A DNA stretch of 58,316 bases, counting the filler, from Dugesia japonica (Eukaryota): assembly GCA_001938525.1 (NCBI GenBank). It is 6 parts of 6 records of this genome, joined end to end, with 100 filler letters (N's around TTAATTAATTAA, not from the genome) between each part and the next. Parts side by side here need not be neighbours in the genome. Positions count along the whole stretch, not along the records: positions 43,824 to 58,316 come from MQRL01398792.1; 5 more parts are not named here. One strand, given 5' to 3'. Below, one piece after another: positions 51,901-58,316 of this stretch. The notes under the pieces are model-generated. The model was not told the origin of the DNA. It was given only the letters and a program-made list of their open reading frames with translations, and did not search any database. Numbering within the stretch: position 1 is the first letter of the stretch; each line of letters begins with the position of its first letter. The position numbers were made by a program, and so were the translations under genes.

Positions 51901-52145
51901 NNNNNNNNNNNNNNNNNNNNNNNNNNNNNNNNNNNNNNNNNNNNNNNNNNNNNNNNNNNNNNNNNNNNNNNNNNNNNNNNNNNNNNNNNNNNNNNNNNNN
52001 NNNNNNNNNNNNNNNNNNNNNNNNNNNNNNNNNNNNNNNNNNNNNNNNNNNNNNNNNNNNNNNNNNNNNNNNNNNNNNNNNNNNNNNNNNNNNNNNNNNN
52101 NNNNNNNNNNNNNNNNNNNNNNAAAAAAAAAATATTTTCAACTAA
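48903..52145 (+). CDS. Unknown ~1070-aa protein, paralog 1 (true C-terminus hidden in gap 51881-52122)
   Basis: Uninterrupted ~990-codon frame in ~25% GC DNA; collinear homology with 53302-56427. Confidence 0.9.
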   Translation: MKGNLLQETYFKNINLYKSVPKKQIITEEFWFVNAGILPDSYFDKALVVIGTYKFKTDELRFILFLGIKYLIHYIELFSFDNTPLLIESINRHLKYLEALLSKQKKCRNYLSYSYINKLRFVFESLQNIEYNNYVCRQIYIDQLERFCCLFSSRLKIWIKNSRLQAYLIRFGFDPYRTSAIYNSFLVPNEKKYIDPLFQVNQKFIEKMGTRCKCKIMLSIESTECYLFPEYITLEVLFDLYHGNYMGFVEMFGYVIKQLNPTQYFVKSCRTILIEGARLYNILTDVPVRKLKYLEKTVIPGCPCPPFLNINSISKQFLNIVEMIREEENNVVGFRSTEKSKSYNSNEISDETGLDFNNEHYYKTHSNETELSKLKQKVDHLNHSHLLLKYFQEKYDEEMIKINLKNQMKKNRLLMGINKSQTQSSLPYEIPSSNIKSKRHLSKNDQIIHEALPENQLNLEINEIDEKKFVDEKNKNLEEIMTLNDSVDPIYQEIIREVNQNQSLNGNSQVNESNITSGKNEQVEKKGLIDFVNLTPSEQFSILLNETFNIYSDEYNWINHKMRLMLRCRTEQTIDDLKYPYIFERRTISDRLRHKHAYKKKFYKHNLYNRSYSNIPKLTSKITTVSSDQSWISFETNKILSQHSLTEEIIDSNSSSNSEINIYDANDLSKELPDVAKYLRKFDMRLMDTFISRKLFRKQNWINFLELNLNFHYSREIEIFKLCNTEDIYRRVYESHSDEIESFKDPLKQRIYALLILLTNETITNKNFLELIDGQGINFTIVNKINKSRSAFPTFVGNLDKIKKKDYIGNLSRCLCQLMYDLIHLGYECSSELFYIMKAHTSALSEILKNINDEDIQSAFKTLNIIKDLSKFNIKSTVNGTGPNTSMLHLAEELSLLHDIIFKNPCCSYKIHKHLGIHIIYHSMQLDDRLNAVEPFLKLPGDRRIRKIEKMCNCLIALRTGQHPIVPMNQYHVDIYYDFENGNHFGAMELLKXXXXXXXXXXXXXXXXXXXXXXXXXXXXXXXXXXXXXXXXXXXXXXXXXXXXXXXXXXXXXXXXXXXXXXXXXXXXXXXXXXKKNIFN

Positions 52146-53301
52146 GCTTGAATTTAAATTAAATTAATTAAATTGATAAACTTATATATTAACAAATTGT
52201 ATAATCGAATTAAATTAATAAAGCAATTTTGTTTTGATGACTTAAAAATTCAGTAAATTATTTTACCCAATTTACTATTTTATTTTAATTATATTCTTTT
52301 ATATTATAATTATTATAATAATTTATTATAATTATATTTTATTTTAATATATATATATGTGAAGTTTTAAAAAATATTGCCAAAAAACCCTAACCGCAAA
52401 AGATAGAGAATTTAATTTTCTATAATTCATATATCCATTTTCAGAAAAAATGTTTGGTTTTTGAGATATATAACATTTTAAGAATTTCGACTCTAGGAGG
52501 GTATCTATCAATTTTTCAAATTGAAACTAATGTCATTGACCTTTAAATTAAAAAGTGTCTATACATTCTCTTAAAATATATTACCAAAAAAAAGGTCATT
52601 AGAGTCGGTAGATAGTCTACTTTTCAAATTATTGAAAACTAAAGTATATAGTTGGATAGGAAATTAAAAAGTAAGATGGGAATGTGCCATGAGCTTGTAT
52701 CTTAAAATTGTTCCTTTCCCATAAAATTAAATTTTTATATGATTTTTTTTTCAAAACTTATTTTAACTAAAAATAAAAAGTTCAAAAAAAATAAAATATA
52801 AATTGAACTCATTCAACCCAATTGTTACATTATTTTCTTGATTATCGTATATGGACACGGATAATCTTCCAAATCAGATGCAAAATCGTAGTCTTCATGA
52901 AAATATTCTAATATTTCTCTGAAATCTATCGTTATAGTTCATGCGTCTCGTTTTTCTTTCCAATTTTGGAAACCTTTCGTTGATTACCTTTTCCCAATTT
53001 CTAAAACATAAATTAAAACAATAATGATAATTAAAATTCTTTACCATATTAAATCACTTTTTTTATTATCGTATTTAAATAGGAAATGAATTGCTTTATA
53101 AACAAATTTCATGAAAATTCTCTAAATTCGAGAAATTGATATTTACTAAATAAAAGTAATGATAATATTTTACAACTAATATATAATAAAATAAAATATA
53201 ATTATAAACTATATAATAAATAAAATATTGAATTTTTCAAAAAAATAAATATTGATCTTCTTTCTTTTAATTTATAATTTAACCCATTTTAGTTCTTAAA
53301 A

Positions 53302-56300
53302 ATGAAAGGCAGTTTTATAAATTCGGCAAAATCTCCCGGAGTAGAAATAATACCAAAAAAATATTTGATTGATGAAAACTTTTGGTTTGTTAATGCTGGA
53401 TTACTTTCTGATTCGATTTACAACAGAGCGGTATTATTTATAGGAACCTTTCCATTTAATATTCGGGATTTTAATTTTGTTTTGTTTCTTGGAATTAAAT
53501 ATCTGATTCATTACATTGAATTGTTTACATTTGATAATACACCTTTGTTGATTGAATGCATAATGAAACATTTGAGATATTTACAGGCACTTCTTGGAAC
53601 TCAAAGAAAATCAAAGAAATTTCTTAATTATGGATTCATAATAAAGCTTCAGTATATTTTTAATAATCTACAGAATGTCGATGATAGAAACTTTGCTTGC
53701 CGACAAATGTATATTGATCAATTGGAAAGGTTCTGTAATTTATTTGTTGGTCGCTTAAATATTTGGATAAAAAATCCTCGTCTTCAAGCCTACTTATTCA
53801 GATATGGATATGATCCGTTTCGTTCTTCGGTGATTTATAATTCTTTTCTTATTCCTAATCAGAAACGTTATGTTGATCCATTATGTCGACTAGATCAGAA
53901 ATTCATAGAGAAAATTGAAGTCAAATGCAACTGTAAAATAATGTTGAGTGTTGAAAATACAGATTGCATTCTTTTCCCAGAATATATAACACTTGAAGTT
54001 GTTTTTGATTTATATCGAGGAAACTATGTTGGTTTTATTGAAATGTTTGGTTATATTGTCAAAAGATTAAACCCAACACAATATTTTGCGAAATCACTGA
54101 GAACTGTGTTGATTGAAGGATCTTTACTTTATAATATTTTAACTAATGTTCCAATTAGAAAATTGAAATATCTAGAAAAAACCGTTACAGCTGGTTGTCC
54201 GATAACACCATTTTTAAGCGTTGGAAGTATAAGTAAACAACTTCTTAGTATAGTAGCAATAATGCGAGAAAACGATAATGATTTTATTAATAATACAATG
54301 AAAGAAACTTTATCTGACTTTAGCGAAGAAAATTCAAAAGAAGTAGATCTGAATTTTGATAAACAAAGATATTATACTAGCCATTCAACTGTTAGTGAAT
54401 TTAATAAATTACAAGATAATATCAATGATATTAATTATTCTCAAAAGCTTTTGAAATATTTCAAATCCAAATATGATATTGTCATGCAAGAAATTAATTT
54501 CGAAAATGAAATCAAAAAGGAAAATATAAGAAAATTAATAACATCCCAGGAGAATTCGCAAATATTGATGCCGAAAGTAACAGTGAATGAGACTCGAAGC
54601 GATAAACCTGAAACAGTTAATCAAATTGTTTATAAAGATCTACCTGAAGGTTTTGTTGAGAGTTCAAATAATTTCAAAAATGAAGTTTTGTCATTTGATA
54701 AAGAAAATATGAATTATTTAAATACTTTGAAAGATATTCCGAAAATGAAAGAATTTTTAAATAACAATATTAATGAAAATAATATTTGTGCTATTCATAA
54801 AGAATTACTCAATGATTCTGATATAGATTTTGAAAAGCTTGAACCAATAGATCAATTCAAATTATTACTGAAAGAAACATTTACGGATTATTCTATTGAA
54901 GAAAATTGGATAAATCATAAAATGCGATTAATGATGAAATGTAATACAGAAAGTACAATTGATGATTCTAAATATCCATATGTATATCAGAAAGCAAGCA
55001 TTAGAGATAGATTAAATAAGAAGATACATTATAGAAGTAAGTTTCCTTTGCCACGTGGAGTTTCTCGGACATTTTCAACTCATAAAGCCCAAACGAAAAT
55101 CACAAATCAAACCTCTAGACGTTCTTGGATATCGAAAGCTGCCAGTAGATTATTATCTGAAGGTATTAAATCCCATGATGATGCCGATTCCTACAACAGT
55201 TCACTTTCCGATAGTGATATTTTAAGTGGTGAAGAATTGAAAGAAAAATTTCCGAAAATATTTTTATTTCTAGAAAAATACGGTGAAAATCTGATTGATG
55301 TTTTTTTAAGAAAAAAACTTTACAAAAAACAAGATTGGATGATTTTTCTAAGTAAACAATTTAATTTCACAATTTCCAAAGATCTCTCGTTGAAACGACT
55401 CTGTGATTTTGATAGTATTTTCAAAGCGATTTGCGAGAAAAACTCGGAAAAATTAGAAAATTTCGATGAAGCAATAACTAAGAAAATCTACGCTTTACTG
55501 CTTTTATTAACTGACGAAATGATTACTCAAAAAGAATTTAGTGATATTTACAATGGAAAGGGAGTATCTTTGTTGATTATTAATAAAGTAAATCAATCTC
55601 AAACTTCTGTACCAACTCATATTGGGAATTTAGATTCGTATAAATCAAAAGACTATTTACCAAATTTGTCGCGTTGTTTATGTCAAATGATGTATGATTT
55701 AATTCAAATAGCTCATGAAAGTTCACAAGATGCATTTTATATTCTTAAAATACATATTTCAATGCTAGATGACATTCTGAAAAACATTCAAGATAAAGAT
55801 ATATTAGCAGCGTTTGAAATATTAAATATTCGAAAGTCTTTATTATCACTAGATTTTAAAACTTATATAAGATGTTATGGTCTTGATGGTTCGATGATTT
55901 TAATGGCAGAAGAACTATCATTTCTTCATGATATTATTTTTAAACAGCCATGTTGCTCTTATAAACTAAATAAACACTTAGGACTACATATAATCTATCA
56001 TTCTTTGAAATTAGATGATAGACTGAATACAGTTGAACCGTTTTTCAAATTACCCGGAGATAGAAGAATAAGAAAAATAGAAAAAATCTGTAATTGTTTA
56101 ATAGCTTTAAGATCTCAGAAACATCCAACAGTTCCAATTAATGAATATCTTGTTGATATATTTTATGATTTTGATACTGGGAATCATTTCGGAGCTATTG
56201 ATTTATTAAAACAACTGATAACATCAACAAATAAGTTATTAACCATTCAAGACCATCGAACAATTGTTGCTTATCCGTCAGGTGAATTATGGGTGTTCAG

Positions 56301-56427
56301 AGATACTGTATGGTTGAAGAAATGCTATAACATTAATGAAAATGAATTAAAGAATTTAGAATTATTCCGAAAATTTGACGAAATGAAAGATAAATTTCAT
56401 AATTTCTATGACGATAAGTATACATAA
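53302..56427 (+). CDS. Unknown 1041-aa protein, paralog 2, with an internally duplicated module
   Basis: Intact intronless ORF; conserved N-terminal, central and C-terminal blocks shared with paralog 1. Confidence 0.92.
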   Translation: MKGSFINSAKSPGVEIIPKKYLIDENFWFVNAGLLSDSIYNRAVLFIGTFPFNIRDFNFVLFLGIKYLIHYIELFTFDNTPLLIECIMKHLRYLQALLGTQRKSKKFLNYGFIIKLQYIFNNLQNVDDRNFACRQMYIDQLERFCNLFVGRLNIWIKNPRLQAYLFRYGYDPFRSSVIYNSFLIPNQKRYVDPLCRLDQKFIEKIEVKCNCKIMLSVENTDCILFPEYITLEVVFDLYRGNYVGFIEMFGYIVKRLNPTQYFAKSLRTVLIEGSLLYNILTNVPIRKLKYLEKTVTAGCPITPFLSVGSISKQLLSIVAIMRENDNDFINNTMKETLSDFSEENSKEVDLNFDKQRYYTSHSTVSEFNKLQDNINDINYSQKLLKYFKSKYDIVMQEINFENEIKKENIRKLITSQENSQILMPKVTVNETRSDKPETVNQIVYKDLPEGFVESSNNFKNEVLSFDKENMNYLNTLKDIPKMKEFLNNNINENNICAIHKELLNDSDIDFEKLEPIDQFKLLLKETFTDYSIEENWINHKMRLMMKCNTESTIDDSKYPYVYQKASIRDRLNKKIHYRSKFPLPRGVSRTFSTHKAQTKITNQTSRRSWISKAASRLLSEGIKSHDDADSYNSSLSDSDILSGEELKEKFPKIFLFLEKYGENLIDVFLRKKLYKKQDWMIFLSKQFNFTISKDLSLKRLCDFDSIFKAICEKNSEKLENFDEAITKKIYALLLLLTDEMITQKEFSDIYNGKGVSLLIINKVNQSQTSVPTHIGNLDSYKSKDYLPNLSRCLCQMMYDLIQIAHESSQDAFYILKIHISMLDDILKNIQDKDILAAFEILNIRKSLLSLDFKTYIRCYGLDGSMILMAEELSFLHDIIFKQPCCSYKLNKHLGLHIIYHSLKLDDRLNTVEPFFKLPGDRRIRKIEKICNCLIALRSQKHPTVPINEYLVDIFYDFDTGNHFGAIDLLKQLITSTNKLLTIQDHRTIVAYPSGELWVFRDTVWLKKCYNINENELKNLELFRKFDEMKDKFHNFYDDKYT

Positions 56428-57289
56428 TACATTAAACAATGATTTTATTCATGTCAATTTCTAAATAATATTTCAGTGGTGAGTTTTGTATACTAAACAT
56501 AATTAATTTAAATTGAGAATTTCTTTATATTATTGAGATTTTGTCTTTTAATTGCTTATAATACTGAAAATAATATTCAAAACATTAATAAATGAGTCTT
56601 ATTTGTTCAATTTTTTGTATTAAAGTAAGTTTTAAAAATTTAATCAAATTAGAAATAAAGTAAATATCTTTTAATATATTTTTATAAACTTGCACAAATT
56701 GCCTGTTACCGATTAAACTGTTATTTGAAAAAATGTGTTTGAGAAAGATTAATAAATTGCTCTGATAAATGATAAAATTAGTACATTTTAAGTCGTTCAA
56801 AAGAAAATATCAAGATATCAAAAAGATGCATGGCGATTAGAACGTGCAATCTTCGGAGAAATATGAAATATCTGCTCTCGAAATCAGGGGAAAGAAAATT
56901 TTTGTTTTGATAACTAAAAGGAACTTAGCAATACAAATATATTTTCAAAAAACTGATGATTACGTAATCCATTCAATTAGACAACCTCTTTTTCTACATC
57001 CTTCACTCAGATGTATTTATATTTTATTGTTAGCATTCAAGATTTACTTTCTACTCTTCTATCTCTAATTTCCGTTTTCCCCAACTGTGATATATTCGGT
57101 TTTGCTGTCAAACTGATGATTAGCTCATATTTGTTACCTGTTTGATGAATCTTTCCCTTGAACTGTTTAACTTGGTGAAAATTTCTTGTTATTCATTTAT
57201 TTTCGAATACGAACTCTTAATACTATAAATATGTATCCGCATTATGAGAATGAATCTATTCTACTTTTTCTAATGGATTCCGATGAATT

Positions 57290-57420
57290 TAATGCCACCT
57301 TTAACCAGAGAAGTTTTGATGCTATTATGAAAGTTCGGAGTTTAGTGTAATATTCTCGAAAATCACCTTTAAAAAGCGAAGTTTTTCAAAATATATATAG
57401 AAGAGGATAATGAATCAAAA
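57290..57420 (+). mobile_element. Short hAT transposase remnant
   Basis: AIMKVRSLV*YSRKSPLKSEVFQ resembles hAT KvRxiVxxFrkSP. Confidence 0.4.
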
Positions 57421-57829
57421 AAGAAATTTAATAAATGATGAGGGTAATAAAATTTAAAAAATGGTTTTTCAGTAGACACGAAAACCTGAAACTATTCCCG
57501 TGTTGAAAATATTTGCACAAATTTTCAAGTAGGTTCTTCAGATGAAATTTAGTAGCAATTATGTTCCATAAATTTCATTTCACGCAAGTTTTAAATAAAG
57601 AATAATAATGTGAAAATTTAATTTTATTTATAATATAGAATAAATATTAAAAACTCCTAGTTAACATTTTTATATCATTCGTAAAATTCAGGAATGTCTT
57701 GAATTTTGTATTCATAATGCTCCAATCATAATAGTTTNNNNNNNNNNNNNNNNNNNNNNNNNNNNNNNNNNNNNNNNNNNNNNNNNNNNNNNNNNNNNNN
57801 NNNNNAAAATGAAGAACAAAAATTATTTT

Positions 57830-58290
57830 AAGTATCTGTATTTTGTACAACGGTGTAGGGCAAGATTTTGTGCTGCAATTTGGATATGATTTTCATTGTT
57901 TTGTTTGCTAAGTTTGTGAGGCTCGCAAGTTTCAAATAATTGCTCAAAACCTATCAAATGAAGGTGTGTAAAGATTGTCGGATGAGCGCAGTCCATCATC
58001 ATGATAAAGTCTCTGAATGCTTGGTAATAATCTTTTGAAAAATTGCCTGAAAACATTCATCGTCAAATTCATAAGGTCAACCAGAGCAAAGATTGTCACT
58101 AAGCTCAAAATTAATATTTTTGAAATTATTATTTTAATTTTGAGCAGTACTCGCAACAATGGATTATCTACATACACAGTACAAATTGTTCTTGCCAATT
58201 CCGTAGCATTTTGACCACGAAGAAAGGCTAAGGAAAGTAAATGTTAAGTTTAAACATTTTACCACTTGAAATTTCCATTCGTATTGTTGA
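57830..58290 (-). mobile_element. Mariner transposase N-terminal remnant
   Basis: FLRGQNATELARTICTVY, ELSDNLCSG*PYEFDDE, TIFTHLHLIG...EPHKL. Confidence 0.8.
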
Positions 58291-58316
58291 AATTATGGGT
58301 ACAGTCAAGTTTATGA

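Noticed and set aside
51881-52145. C-terminus KKNIFN of the 1080-aa ORF and antisense ORF 51851-52141
   Set aside because: Read-through of Ns; the real stop is probably inside the gap
56950-57140. RTE-like LINE fragment (KTEYITVG...YKYI*V, minus strand)
   Set aside because: Weak and short similarity

Overview
Very AT-rich eukaryotic (animal) draft-assembly DNA. The 18S fragment and the (AAT)n-rich, mariner/Penelope/Polinton repeat landscape tentatively suggest a free-living flatworm. The window is not necessarily contiguous: five 100-bp N-TTAATTAATTAA-N linkers (about 8661, 17308, 26090, 35241, 43768) join segments of about 8.5-9 kb. Most of it is decayed mobile DNA: five mariners, three Polinton/Maverick remnants (pPolB N-terminus, minor and major capsid, adenain protease, integrase N-terminus), a Gypsy pol 3' end, hAT remnants, and Penelope-like elements whose terminal repeats carry minimal hammerhead ribozymes. 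There is also an 18S rRNA fragment fused to a Penelope element, and two diverged copies of an unexplained coiled-coil ORF cassette that ends in a conserved motif, a polypurine tract and TG. Host-like coding sequence comprises two exons of a CLCA-like VWA gene, two low-complexity exons, and a tandem pair of intact, intronless ~1040-1070 aa paralogs (48903-56427). Each paralog is built from two diverged copies of a ~270-aa module ending in a KH-like fold that lacks GxxG, and I recognise no known family for them. They are the best candidate for an undescribed system. All alignments were done by eye; no database searches were run.
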